Below, piece after piece: positions 1 through 8,827 of a stretch of 64,000 nucleotides of DNA (position 1 is the stretch's first letter; every line of letters begins with the position of its first letter). A model generated the notes under the pieces. It was not told the DNA's origin. It searched no databases and saw only the letters and a program-made list of their open reading frames with translations. A program made the position numbers and the translations under genes. Source of the DNA: Candidatus Aceula meridiana (lineage in GTDB: Bacteria > Omnitrophota > Gorgyraeia > Zapsychrales > Aceulaceae); assembly GCA_030765185.1 (NCBI GenBank), contig JAVCDE010000033.1, positions 10,957-74,956 on the forward strand. Reading direction: 5' to 3'.

Positions 1-386
1 TTAACCAACCACCATTTTTCAATAAATCCTAAATGAATTCCTCTGTTGGGCAATTTCAAAATAGCTTCTCCAACAAACGGAATTATCGAATCGCTTATCG
101 TGGCAATGCCTACCGATCCCGCATAACCAATGACAAGCAAAATCCAAAAATTACATTTACCCTTTATACATTTGCTGTTTATCCGTCCGCACTCATGAAG
201 CTCATAAATAGAAGCAGTAACAAGAGCACTTAAAACAACATGAATAGGATGAAGAACATAGAATATATTATAAGAAATTTCTAAAGGTAAATTTTTGAAA
301 AACATCATAACGATGATGCCTGTAAATGCTCCAAAGAAAGTAAAGGGTGCATGGATTCTCAATTCTTTTAAAATTAATTTAAGCAT
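1..386 (-). CDS. Uncharacterised multi-pass membrane protein (3'-truncated by window edge; absent from ORF track)
   Basis: Manual translation from ATG at 386 (upstream GGGGG RBS-like) is open to the window edge: MLKLILKELRIHAPFTFFGAFTGII...VLHPIHVVLSALVTAS...GYAGSVGIATISDSIIPFVGE. Several hydrophobic segments; follows def in the same orientation. Confidence 0.8.
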   Translation of the reverse strand, partial: MLKLILKELRIHAPFTFFGAFTGIIVMMFFKNLPLEISYNIFYVLHPIHVVLSALVTASIYELHECGRINSKCIKGKCNFWILLVIGYAGSVGIATISDSIIPFVGEAILKLPNRGIHLGFIEKWWLV

Positions 387-429
387 CTCTTGCCCCCTTG
401 CAAATAATACTATTTGCCTACACCCTACA

Positions 430-927
430 TCAGGAAATCATTTCTTCTCTCCACTCTCTCTCAGCCTCAAACATCATTCTCTTTTTCAAAGAAAAATAAT
501 CAATAATAAGCTTACCTTCCAAATGGTCAATTTCATGCTGAAGAACCCTTGCCATCAACCCCTTGGCATTTATCTCTTGCGTTTCTCCTTTTTGATTTAA
601 CCCAGTTACAACAATTTCATAACTGCGCGATATTTTTATATAAACTTCTGGAATACTTAAGCACCCCTCCTTCAATGCATCGCTTCCTCTTTTATCAATT
701 ATTTTAGGATTAGCCAAAAATAGCGACCCTTCACCGATATCAGCCACAATAACTTGCTTCTGAATGCCAATTTGCGGACCCGCCAAACCTATGCCATCAA
801 AATGATGCATTATAAACAACATCTGCTGAAATAAATTCTTTTCCCTCTCCGTTATACGATTTACAGGCTGGCATTTTTTTCGCAAAATTATTTCAGGATA
901 TTTCTTAATTTCTAAAATATCCATCAT
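430..927 (-). CDS. def: Peptide deformylase
   Basis: Motifs GIGLAGPQIG, EGCLS and QHEIDHLEG. Confidence 0.97.
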   Translation of the reverse strand: MMDILEIKKYPEIILRKKCQPVNRITEREKNLFQQMLFIMHHFDGIGLAGPQIGIQKQVIVADIGEGSLFLANPKIIDKRGSDALKEGCLSIPEVYIKISRSYEIVVTGLNQKGETQEINAKGLMARVLQHEIDHLEGKLIIDYFSLKKRMMFEAEREWREEMIS

Positions 928-1700
928 CCCTTGCCTCTCCTTTTTAAAGTATCTTTATCGCTAATAGACTTAATTTTATTTTTTTCCGCTTTATACACAG
1001 AAATTGTATTTAACCCATAAAAATAAGATTCTATTTGGTTTAATTCAAGCTCAGACAAAGGCTTTACCTTGCAAGGCCTAAGCGGTGTATTAATTTGAAC
1101 TTCAGAGGGATGAATTTCCCTAACGATTTCAGCAATTTCTTTCGCAGATTTCTTATTATCTTCGATAAACATAATTTGCAGAGCTAATTTTCCTTTATAA
1201 TTTTTCTTAAATTCTTTTATGCCAGAAATAATATGCTTAATCGTGATTGTTTCCAAAGGCCTATTGACTGTGTTAAAAATTCTCTGCGTAGAAGCATCAA
1301 GTTTTGCCATAACAAAATCTGCCGACAGCAAATCTTCTTGGACATCTTTTCTGTGCAACAAAGAAGAATTTGTAATCACGGCGATTTTCTCCCGCCGTAT
1401 TTGCTTTACCGCTTTTATCATTTTTCCCAAATTGCCAGCTAGCGTAGGCTCTCCGGCCCCAGAAAAAGTAATATAATCTATTTTCAAAGGAGGCAATAAA
1501 TCTATTTCTTCAATAATATCTCGACAATCAACAAAGGATTCTCGTTCATTGATTAATAAACTTTTCTTCTGGAGCTGGCAATAGCTGCAATCAAAATTGC
1601 AGACCTTCCTTCCCTTAAAAACAGGATCTACTCCCAAAGATCGGCCTAAACGCCATGACGGGACTGGCCCATAAATATACTTATAATTTTTATCACTCAT
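924..1700 (-). CDS. Radical SAM Fe-S protein (COG0731-like)
   Basis: [25 protein letters not shown] (CxxxCxxC) and [10 protein letters not shown]. Confidence 0.9.
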   Translation of the reverse strand: MSDKNYKYIYGPVPSWRLGRSLGVDPVFKGRKVCNFDCSYCQLQKKSLLINERESFVDCRDIIEEIDLLPPLKIDYITFSGAGEPTLAGNLGKMIKAVKQIRREKIAVITNSSLLHRKDVQEDLLSADFVMAKLDASTQRIFNTVNRPLETITIKHIISGIKEFKKNYKGKLALQIMFIEDNKKSAKEIAEIVREIHPSEVQINTPLRPCKVKPLSELELNQIESYFYGLNTISVYKAEKNKIKSISDKDTLKRRGKG

Positions 1701-2520
1701 TTTCTAAACTATTAATAACTCTTTTAACAATATCATCCATACGACATGCTGAAAAATCATTACGGTTAAATTGAACAAAAGGTTTCCCGGCATCACCTTG
1801 CTTCACAATTTGAGAATCTATAGGAATGCGTCCTAAATAAGGAACTTTTAAATCCTCCGCCGCTTTTTCTCCTCCCCCTTGCCCAAATATCTCAATAGAT
1901 TTCTCGCAATGTGGACAAATAAAACCACTCATATTCTCAATAATTCCAAGAACAGGAACGTTAATAAATTTTGCGAATAACACACTTTTTCGAGAATCTA
2001 AAATAGCTACGTCCTGAGGAGTCGTCACAATAATGGCACCGCTTATCTGAGAAATGAGCTGGCAGACACTCAAAGGCTCATCCCCTGTCCCAGGGGGAGA
2101 ATCAATAATTAAATAATCTAAATCTCCCCAATCAACATCACTTAAAAATTGCTCAATCATCTTCATCTTAAGCGGCCCTCTCCAAATAATCGGCTGATCC
2201 TTGTCTTCCATTAACATCGAAATACTCATCGCTTTTAAATTCGGCAACACCAAGCATGGCTGTATTTGTTCATCCAGTGTTGAAATCTTTACATCTTCAA
2301 TTCCTAACATTTTTGCTATATTGGGTCCATGGATATCTACATCTAAAATACCAACACTGTTCCCCTGGCTAGCCAATTCATAGGCAAGATTAACAGCTAC
2401 CGTAGTTTTGCCAACTCCTCCCTTGCCACTCATAACAATAATTTTTTGTTTTATCCGCTGCATTTTCCCTTGAAGGCGTTTTTCTTTAGAAATTTCTTTT
2501 TTTTCATCAACTTTTTGCAT
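1693..2520 (-). CDS. mrp: Mrp/NBP35 Fe-S cluster carrier ATPase
   Basis: [30 protein letters not shown] and [11 protein letters not shown]. Start moved to ATG 2520 (AGGA RBS; avoids long overlap with the upstream gene). Confidence 0.93.
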   Translation of the reverse strand: MQKVDEKKEISKEKRLQGKMQRIKQKIIVMSGKGGVGKTTVAVNLAYELASQGNSVGILDVDIHGPNIAKMLGIEDVKISTLDEQIQPCLVLPNLKAMSISMLMEDKDQPIIWRGPLKMKMIEQFLSDVDWGDLDYLIIDSPPGTGDEPLSVCQLISQISGAIIVTTPQDVAILDSRKSVLFAKFINVPVLGIIENMSGFICPHCEKSIEIFGQGGGEKAAEDLKVPYLGRIPIDSQIVKQGDAGKPFVQFNRNDFSACRMDDIVKRVINSLENE

Positions 2521-2527
2521 TTTTTTC

Positions 2528-3397
2528 CTAAATCTTTTGAATTTTTTCCCAAATTTTCTTAAAAGGCTCTGCAACCTCCTTATCAGGGTGCTCAGTGACG
2601 CTTTTGCGCTGCGTAACACAATCAACAATACGTCTATCAAACGGAATTTTTCCGACAACTTCAATTCCATCTTGTTTAGCAAAACTTTCAATTTTTTGCG
2701 CCATGTCGCTATTTAAATCAAACTTATTAATAACGATCTTAACAGGAACCTGAAAATGTTTCGCAACTTTAATGACTCTTTTCGCGTCATGAATTCCTGA
2801 AAGGCTTGGCTCAGTTACCACAATGGCGCAATCCACATCTGACAAAGACGCGATCACCGGACATCCTATCCCCGGAGCGCCATCGGTGACAACCTTCTCA
2901 CTTTTACCTTGGTTGGCAAGTTCTTTGCCCATTTGTTTAACAGTTGATACCAACTTGCCGGAATTTTCTTCGGCAACGCCCAGCTTGGCATGAACAAAAG
3001 GCCCAAATCTCGTCGATGACACAAACCAGTCTCCGGATATATTTTCTTGCATTTCAATCGCGCTGTGCGGGCAAGCTAAGGCACAAAACCCACATCCTTC
3101 GCAGGATATCGGATCAACAACATAAATGCCGTTAAGCTTGTCTTCCGCAATAGCAGAAAACCGGCAAAGCCCTTCGCAAAGGCCGCATGATTTGCATAAA
3201 TCTTTATTAATAACAGCTGTTTTTCCGCTTCGAAATTCATGTTTTTCTTCAACCTGCGGATTTAAAATTAAATGCAAGTTGGCGGCATCAACATCGCAAT
3301 CAGAAAAAACCGCGTTTTTTGCCAATGACGCAAAAGCCGCTGTCAAAACTGTCTTACCTGTCCCACCTTTTCCACTGATAATTAAAATCTGTTTCAT
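2528..3397 (-). CDS. MinD-superfamily P-loop ATPase with inserted 2x[4Fe-4S] ferredoxin (COG1149)
   Basis: [18 protein letters not shown], CxxCxxCxxxC twice, DGAPGIGCP and VTEPS. Start at ATG 3397. Confidence 0.92.
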   Translation of the reverse strand: MKQILIISGKGGTGKTVLTAAFASLAKNAVFSDCDVDAANLHLILNPQVEEKHEFRSGKTAVINKDLCKSCGLCEGLCRFSAIAEDKLNGIYVVDPISCEGCGFCALACPHSAIEMQENISGDWFVSSTRFGPFVHAKLGVAEENSGKLVSTVKQMGKELANQGKSEKVVTDGAPGIGCPVIASLSDVDCAIVVTEPSLSGIHDAKRVIKVAKHFQVPVKIVINKFDLNSDMAQKIESFAKQDGIEVVGKIPFDRRIVDCVTQRKSVTEHPDKEVAEPFKKIWEKIQKI

Positions 3398-4233
3398 ACG
3401 GCAACCTTTGGTTGAATTTTTTCCCATAACTCTTTAAAAGCTTGTCGAAAAGAAGGCAGTGCCTCAACAATAAAATCACCCCTAGAATAAACTTCAGCAA
3501 TTTCTTTTTGAAAAGGAATTTTCATCAAAATTTCAATCCCATTTTTCTGACAAAAATCTTCTGTTTCCTGATTACCTAAATCCGATCGATTAATAATAGC
3601 TCCAAAAGGAATATTAAGTTTACGCAAAACCTCAACACTAAGCACAAAATCATTAAGCCCAAACGGTGTTGGCTCCGTCACTAAAATCACAAAATCGCTT
3701 CCCTTAATTGATTCAATAACCGGGCAGCTTGTTCCTGGCGGGGCATCAATAATCGCCACCATATCAGGACGAATATGTTCTTTAACCCTGCGGATAACCG
3801 GCGGCGCCATGGCCTCTCCAATCTTCATCCGCCCGGAGATAACATCGACATGAAGGCTTTCTCCTGTGGTGACAACGCCTATTTCTTGTTTTTCTTCGAC
3901 AATCGCGCCATGCGGACAAAAATACGAACACGCCCCACACCCGTGGCAAAGCTGAGGAAAAACAAGATGTTTTTTTCCAACAACAGCAATCGCGTTATAA
4001 ACACAAACTTCCTGACACTTGCCACACAACTGACATTTAGAAACATCTGCCTTTGGCACAAGCTTAAAAACTTTTTCTTCTTTCTTAATTTGCGGTTTTA
4101 AAAAAAGATGAGCATTAGGCTCTTCGACATCACAATCTAAAAGCTGACATGGAAAATCTAAAGACATCGCGAGGTTAGTCGCGACAAGAGTCTTGCCGGT
4201 CCCTCCTTTACCACTAGCAACGGAAACAATCAT
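3394..4233 (-). CDS. Second MinD-superfamily ATPase with inserted ferredoxin (COG1149)
   Basis: [18 protein letters not shown], two CxxCxxCxxxC motifs, DAPPGTSCP and VTEPTPFG. Confidence 0.92.
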   Translation of the reverse strand: MIVSVASGKGGTGKTLVATNLAMSLDFPCQLLDCDVEEPNAHLFLKPQIKKEEKVFKLVPKADVSKCQLCGKCQEVCVYNAIAVVGKKHLVFPQLCHGCGACSYFCPHGAIVEEKQEIGVVTTGESLHVDVISGRMKIGEAMAPPVIRRVKEHIRPDMVAIIDAPPGTSCPVIESIKGSDFVILVTEPTPFGLNDFVLSVEVLRKLNIPFGAIINRSDLGNQETEDFCQKNGIEILMKIPFQKEIAEVYSRGDFIVEALPSFRQAFKELWEKIQPKVAV

Positions 4234-4248
4234 AAAAAACTTTCTCCT

Positions 4249-4854
4249 TTATTTTGCGCTTGCAACAAGCATCTTTTGATGCTTTGTTTCAGAAAACTGT
4301 GTTTGAAAATTCTTCTTATGAAGAAAGTACACCATGGCCTCCCAACAAACATTAAAAAATTTATGCTCACGCCCTTCATTTTTATGAAGACTGTCGATAA
4401 GACGCAAGCCTTCCTGATTAAAATCATTGATGACAATCGTAGCCTTTGGCTTACAAGCACGGATGATCTCTCTTAAAACACTAAACTGATTTTCCATGTG
4501 ATGAAAGCTGTTAACACAAAAAACTATATCAAAAATCCCGTCGCTAAAAGGCATATCAATCGCATCCGCAACCTGAAAATTAACTGCTTCGCTTAAGCCA
4601 AAGTCGGCAAGATTATTTTTAGCAATTTGCTGCTCTTGAGACGAAATATCAATACTTGTAAACTTATAGCCTTTTTGGGCCAAAGCTATTGCAAAATATC
4701 CTTTACCACTGCCGACTTCTAAAATTTTCCCTTTAATCGGCTCAACTTTCTCAATAACAATCGCACGCTCAGCATCAACATCATACCCAAACTTATCATA
4801 AAGAACCTTATGCTTTAAATGCTCTTGTATTGCGTTTGCAGATGCATTAGCCAT
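4249..4854 (-). CDS. Class I SAM-dependent methyltransferase
   Basis: ILEVGSGKG motif I, ADAIDMPFSDGIFDIV and SFHH. Confidence 0.88.
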   Translation of the reverse strand: MANASANAIQEHLKHKVLYDKFGYDVDAERAIVIEKVEPIKGKILEVGSGKGYFAIALAQKGYKFTSIDISSQEQQIAKNNLADFGLSEAVNFQVADAIDMPFSDGIFDIVFCVNSFHHMENQFSVLREIIRACKPKATIVINDFNQEGLRLIDSLHKNEGREHKFFNVCWEAMVYFLHKKNFQTQFSETKHQKMLVASAK

Positions 4855-4855
4855 G

Positions 4856-5218
4856 CTATGCCCCTGACTTAGAATCAACATTAGAACCTTCGGATAAGGT
4901 CATTTCGCCTTTTTTATATTTCTCAACGGCTTCTAAAACAGTGCCTGTTGCTCCTAAACAAAATTTAATACCCGCAGCTTTTAGAGTATCGCTAGCGTTT
5001 GGCCCTATATTTCCTGTCAAAACACACTCAACGCCCTTGTCAGCCATCAGGCGTCCTGACTGGATGCCAACCCCACCGGTTCCTTGAGCATTCACGTTCT
5101 CAATAACCTCAAAATCCAGCGAATCAACATCCACGGCTAAAAAATATTTCGCGCGGCCGAAACGTGGGTCAACAAGTGCTTGTAAATTATCTCCCTGGGC
5201 AGTGACACAAACTTTCAT
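4856..5218 (-). CDS. NifB/NifX (dinitrogenase FeMo-cofactor biosynthesis-like) family protein
   Basis: VDPRFGRA, GGVGIQ and LTGNIGPNA. Confidence 0.9.
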   Translation of the reverse strand: MKVCVTAQGDNLQALVDPRFGRAKYFLAVDVDSLDFEVIENVNAQGTGGVGIQSGRLMADKGVECVLTGNIGPNASDTLKAAGIKFCLGATGTVLEAVEKYKKGEMTLSEGSNVDSKSGA

Positions 5219-5241
5219 AAGACTATCCTTTTTTTTATTTG

Positions 5242-5625
5242 TTATTCGTGTGCGTGATCACACTCGGTTTTGTCAAGGCCATAGCCTTTACCCGAACGCG
5301 GCTCGCAAGGTTTATCATCGCTTGTTAAATTATTATTTAAAAACTGCGTAACGGCTTCATCGACAGAAACCTCAACACCCAAAATCGGAGTAATTTTCTT
5401 CTCTTCAAAAAGAATGCGCGCCCTCTCGCCCATACCGCCGGCAATAATATGGCTAACACCTCTCTGGCCTAAAAACTCCGGCAAAAAACCAGGATGATGG
5501 CCAGGATTATCAATAACCTCTTTGCTTACGACTTGTCCATCTTTAATATCAACTAAAGTAAAAAATGGGCATCTTCCAAAATGCGCGGATACAAAATCAC
5601 CATCTGTTGAAATGGCTATTTTCAA
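5242..5625 (-). CDS. NifB/NifX family protein
   Basis: SAHFGRCP, NPGHHPG and IIAGGMG; Cys/His tail. TTG start with GGAGG RBS. Confidence 0.9.
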   Translation of the reverse strand: MKIAISTDGDFVSAHFGRCPFFTLVDIKDGQVVSKEVIDNPGHHPGFLPEFLGQRGVSHIIAGGMGERARILFEEKKITPILGVEVSVDEAVTQFLNNNLTSDDKPCEPRSGKGYGLDKTECDHAHE

Positions 5626-5650
5626 AACAACCTCCTTAAATTAACTATTT

Positions 5651-6025
5651 TTATCCTTTAGACTTTTTTTCAGCTTCTAAATGCTTGATGTCGTGCTGAA
5701 CAACATCCATTTGCTGCTTTAACATTTCAGCTTGCATTTTAAGCGTTTCAAGTTCTTGGCCGGACACTGGTACCTGCTGAGGATATCCTCCTTGCGCTCT
5801 AGCCCCTAATCCTAATCCTCGACCAAACCCCTGGCCTCTTCCTCGGCCTAAGCCCATGCCTAATCCTCGGCCTAAGCCCATGCCTAATCCTCGGCCAAAA
5901 TAAGGTGCTTGTGCAGCTTGAGGGCCGCCTTGAGAATCTTTTGGGTTAGGAACAACACAGTTTCCCATTCCCCATCCTGTCATTGGGCCCACTCCTTGAG
6001 GGCCTCTTCCATCTCGTGCTGGCAT
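5651..6025 (-). CDS. DUF5320-like Gly/Arg-rich protein
   Basis: MPARDGRGPQGVGPMTGWGMGNC, GRG-rich middle and C-terminal coiled coil. GGAGGT RBS before ATG 6025. Confidence 0.85.
   Translation of the reverse strand: MPARDGRGPQGVGPMTGWGMGNCVVPNPKDSQGGPQAAQAPYFGRGLGMGLGRGLGMGLGRGRGQGFGRGLGLGARAQGGYPQQVPVSGQELETLKMQAEMLKQQMDVVQHDIKHLEAEKKSKG
5841..5896. repeat. Exact 24-bp tandem repeat (2.3 copies) encoding GRGLGMGL
   Basis: cctcggcctaagcccatgcctaat at 5841-5864 and 5865-5888, plus partial cctcggcc. Confidence 0.95.
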
Positions 6026-6038
6026 AACATACCTCCTT

Positions 6039-6500
6039 TTATTTAGATTGACATTGACCACAGATACCATAAAAATGAATAATATGGTCCTGAATTTGAA
6101 ACTTATATTTTTTACTTAAGCCTTTTTCAATTTTTGACAAAAATTCTTTTTCAGCATCCATAAAATCCGCGTAATCAATAACTTTTTGGCACTTCTGGCA
6201 AACGAGATGATGATGATGTTCTGCGCCGCTCTCACTCTCAGATAATTCATAATTTGCTTTACCATCTCCAAAATTAAATTTAGACACAGTGCCCATATCT
6301 ACTAAAAGTTCAAGGTTTCGATAGACCGTAGTCAAGCCGATATTAGAATATATCTTATGAACAGAAAAAAAAATATCCTCAGCGCTTAGATGTTTTTTGG
6401 ATTTTGCTAAAACACCTAGGATTAATTCCCGGGGTTTTGTAAACCGGTATCCGCCTCCCTGAAACTTTCCCCTCCAACATTGAGATCCTCGAGTCCTCAT
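6039..6500 (-). CDS. fur: Fur-family transcriptional regulator
   Basis: RFTKPR, HLSAEDI, GLTTVYRNL, HHHHLVCQKC and C-terminal CGQC. AGGAG RBS before ATG 6500. Confidence 0.93.
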   Translation of the reverse strand: MRTRGSQCWRGKFQGGGYRFTKPRELILGVLAKSKKHLSAEDIFFSVHKIYSNIGLTTVYRNLELLVDMGTVSKFNFGDGKANYELSESESGAEHHHHLVCQKCQKVIDYADFMDAEKEFLSKIEKGLSKKYKFQIQDHIIHFYGICGQCQSK

Positions 6501-6514
6501 AAAAATATTCTCCT

Positions 6515-6541
6515 TATTGATAATGATTGTCATTATCAATA
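6515..6541. promoter_or_regulatory. Fur box (operator)
   Basis: Perfect 12-3-12 palindrome TATTGATAATGA-TTG-TCATTATCAATA. Its core GATAATGATTGTCATTATC matches the classic 19-bp Fur box at 17/19 positions. Confidence 0.9.
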
Positions 6542-6566
6542 TAGAACATAAAAGGCCATTTGTCAA
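6538..6566 (-). promoter_or_regulatory. sigma70-type promoter of the fur operon
   Basis: TTGACA (6566-6561), 17-bp spacer, TATATT (6543-6538); overlaps the Fur box. Confidence 0.8.
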
Positions 6567-6602
6567 ATAATTTAATTTTGGTAAATAGGGTTTAGGTGAC
6601 TC

Positions 6603-6713
6603 TCAGATGAGCTTAATTTTACGCCCGGAGATTTTCAGGCGCTTTTGAATAAAAAGCACAATCGCCTTTGGATAGAGCTTGTGCTCTAGCTTGTGGATGC
6701 AGACTTCAAGAAT
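6603..6713 (-). pseudogene. Orphaned 3' fragment of purN
   Basis: Translates ILEVCIHKLEHKLYPKAIVLFIQKRLKISGRKIKLI*, versus the PurN C-terminus TLESRIHKLEHKLYPKAIQLFSQGRLKIFGRKIILR* (27/36 identical by manual alignment). Confidence 0.9.
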
Positions 6714-6730
6714 TAAAGATATTTTCAAAT

Positions 6731-8038
6731 CTATTCAATAGCAGGCTTCTTTTGTACATTATGCTTTTGAATAATATTTTTATATATATAAACTGCTCCA
6801 GAAAATGGACCGCTTGCCCAGTCATGAGGAGCTCCTGCGACAAAATGCTTTTCAGACAAAGAGACAGAAGAACCAAACATATCTCCCGGGAAGTCTGTAG
6901 ATTGTCTTGTTACCTCATGCCAATTTTCAACGTGTCTCGCAAAAATAGATGCTTCCCTAGATCCAACAATAGCATAATTTCCAGAGATAAAAACTGACTG
7001 CCCAAAATTATCATCGCCGCTATTTGGCAAAAATGTCGTCTGCGCTATCCATTCTGTACCGTTTCGCTTATAAATATACGCTGCTCCGTGAGGATTGCCG
7101 CCATTCATTCCAAAGGGCGTGCCAACGATTAAATAATCACCTGAAATAGCGCATCGTAAATGCGTATAGCTATTCCAAAGATCGGTTATCTGTGAATGCA
7201 AAGCCCAAACAGCTGCGCTTCTCTTGTAAATAATCACCTTGTCAACACCACTCGCTACACCTGCCGCAACATAGTCTCCTGAAATAGAAATTGAACTTCC
7301 AAGCACCATGTCCATCGAGCTGCCAGAAAGTAATTTTGCATCTTCACTCCAATTGCCAAGGGCATCTCTTTTAAAAACATAGATAGCTCCATGCCATAGA
7401 TTCTTAGCAGGAGCTCCAACAATCGCGTAATCACCTGAGATCGCAACAGTAGTGCCGAACTCATCGTTTGTCTCTCCATCGCTAGCAAAAAGTTTTGATA
7501 TAAAATTCCAATTTCCAGAGCCATTTCGTTCATATATATATGCGGAACCAGACCTGTAGCCATGGATTCCATCGTCGTGATAAGCCCCAACAATAGCATA
7601 ATCGCCGAAAATCGCGACTGAAGTACCAAACGAATCTCCGTTGCCTCCATCGCAAGGAACAAGTTGCTTAACACAAACCCAACCCGTCCCGCTCTCATGC
7701 TCATAAATACGTGCAGACCCCGAAGAAATCCCAATGATATTATCTTGCGGCGCCCCAACAACAAAATAATCACCAGAAATTGAGACAGAGCAGCCCATCC
7801 TTGAGCCTTGGTCTCCAATAATTTTTGTTTCTGGAAAAACTATCCCAAAAGACCCATCCTTAGAAGGTATTGTTCCAGGTTTAATATTTGGGTTAGTGTT
7901 TCGGGAAAAAGATTTTAGAATGTCGCTGTCGGAAAAATACGTTGAAATTTTAGGAGCCAAAGGGGGCCCTTCACTACATAGCCCGTTTCCAGAAAGCGTA
8001 ATAAAAATAAACACTCCTAAAATAAGAATCTTTTTCAT
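6731..8038 (-). CDS. Secreted FG-GAP repeat (integrin-alpha-like beta-propeller) protein
   Basis: Signal peptide; about 7 repeats of FGxSVAISGDYAIVGA...GSAYIY. Confidence 0.9.
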   Translation of the reverse strand: MKKILILGVFIFITLSGNGLCSEGPPLAPKISTYFSDSDILKSFSRNTNPNIKPGTIPSKDGSFGIVFPETKIIGDQGSRMGCSVSISGDYFVVGAPQDNIIGISSGSARIYEHESGTGWVCVKQLVPCDGGNGDSFGTSVAIFGDYAIVGAYHDDGIHGYRSGSAYIYERNGSGNWNFISKLFASDGETNDEFGTTVAISGDYAIVGAPAKNLWHGAIYVFKRDALGNWSEDAKLLSGSSMDMVLGSSISISGDYVAAGVASGVDKVIIYKRSAAVWALHSQITDLWNSYTHLRCAISGDYLIVGTPFGMNGGNPHGAAYIYKRNGTEWIAQTTFLPNSGDDNFGQSVFISGNYAIVGSREASIFARHVENWHEVTRQSTDFPGDMFGSSVSLSEKHFVAGAPHDWASGPFSGAVYIYKNIIQKHNVQKKPAIE

Positions 8039-8227
8039 TATATTTTCCTCTCATGATTTTGCGCTATTATTAATTTAAAAACTATTATAAACGTGGGTTC
8101 TCGTTCTATTTTTATTAATAAAAGTATAACATATATTTTATCTCTTGCCCAAAATAGACAAGGTTTAGAGAAAAATCGAACATATCCAAAATATTGGAAC
8201 ACAATGACTTATAAAATTTTAGCTGAT

Positions 8228-8827
8228 TTATCGAAGGATTATTTTCCGCCCAAAAATCTTGAGACGTCCTTGGGAAAAAAGCTGGATGGCTTTTGGGTAA
8301 AGTTTGTGCTCTAGTTTGTGGATTCGGCTCTCAAGTGTTTTGAGGGTATCTTGGGGGCGGATGATGACAGGCTCTTGTAAAATGATAGGCCCATGGTCGA
8401 CTTTCTCGTCAACAAAGTGCACGGTCACGCCAGTAAGCTTTGCTCCATAATCAAAGGCATCTTTAATGGCATGCGCGCCTTTAAATGACGGCAAAAGCGC
8501 AGGATGAATATTAAGGATCTTTCCTTTATAAGCCTTAACAAAATAAGGCGATAAAATGCGCATATATCCGGCCAAGACAATAAAATCAATTTTAAAATCT
8601 TTAAGCTCACGGATAACGGCTTTATCAAAGGCCTCGCGGGTCTTAAATTTCTTTGGGTCAACAACCGTTACCGGAATGCCTGCCTTTAATGCGCGCGTTA
8701 AGACGTAAGCTTTTTTCTTATCAGAAACCACAAGACCAAGCTGTGCTTTAATTTTTTTAGACTTTACGGCAGAAATAATCGCCTGTAAGTTTGTCCCGTT
8801 GCCGCTTGCTAAAACTGCAAATCTCAT
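8228..8827 (-). CDS. purN: Phosphoribosylglycinamide formyltransferase
   Basis: ASGNGTNLQ, LAGYMRIL, NIHPALLP and GVTVHFVD..VDHGPII. Confidence 0.97.
   Translation of the reverse strand: MRFAVLASGNGTNLQAIISAVKSKKIKAQLGLVVSDKKKAYVLTRALKAGIPVTVVDPKKFKTREAFDKAVIRELKDFKIDFIVLAGYMRILSPYFVKAYKGKILNIHPALLPSFKGAHAIKDAFDYGAKLTGVTVHFVDEKVDHGPIILQEPVIIRPQDTLKTLESRIHKLEHKLYPKAIQLFSQGRLKIFGRKIILR

Noticed and set aside
2521-2691. N-terminal extension of Mrp in the ORF track
   Set aside because: It overlaps the upstream ATPase gene by 164 bp, and a better ATG with RBS exists at 2520.
4856-5625. Nitrogen fixation suggested by NifB/NifX genes
   Set aside because: No nifH/D/K/E/N in the window; this domain is common in non-diazotrophs.
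6668-6997. 109-aa + strand ORF and overlapping 7255-7818 - strand ORF
   Set aside because: They are alternative frames of the FG-GAP gene and purN remnant, with no independent support.
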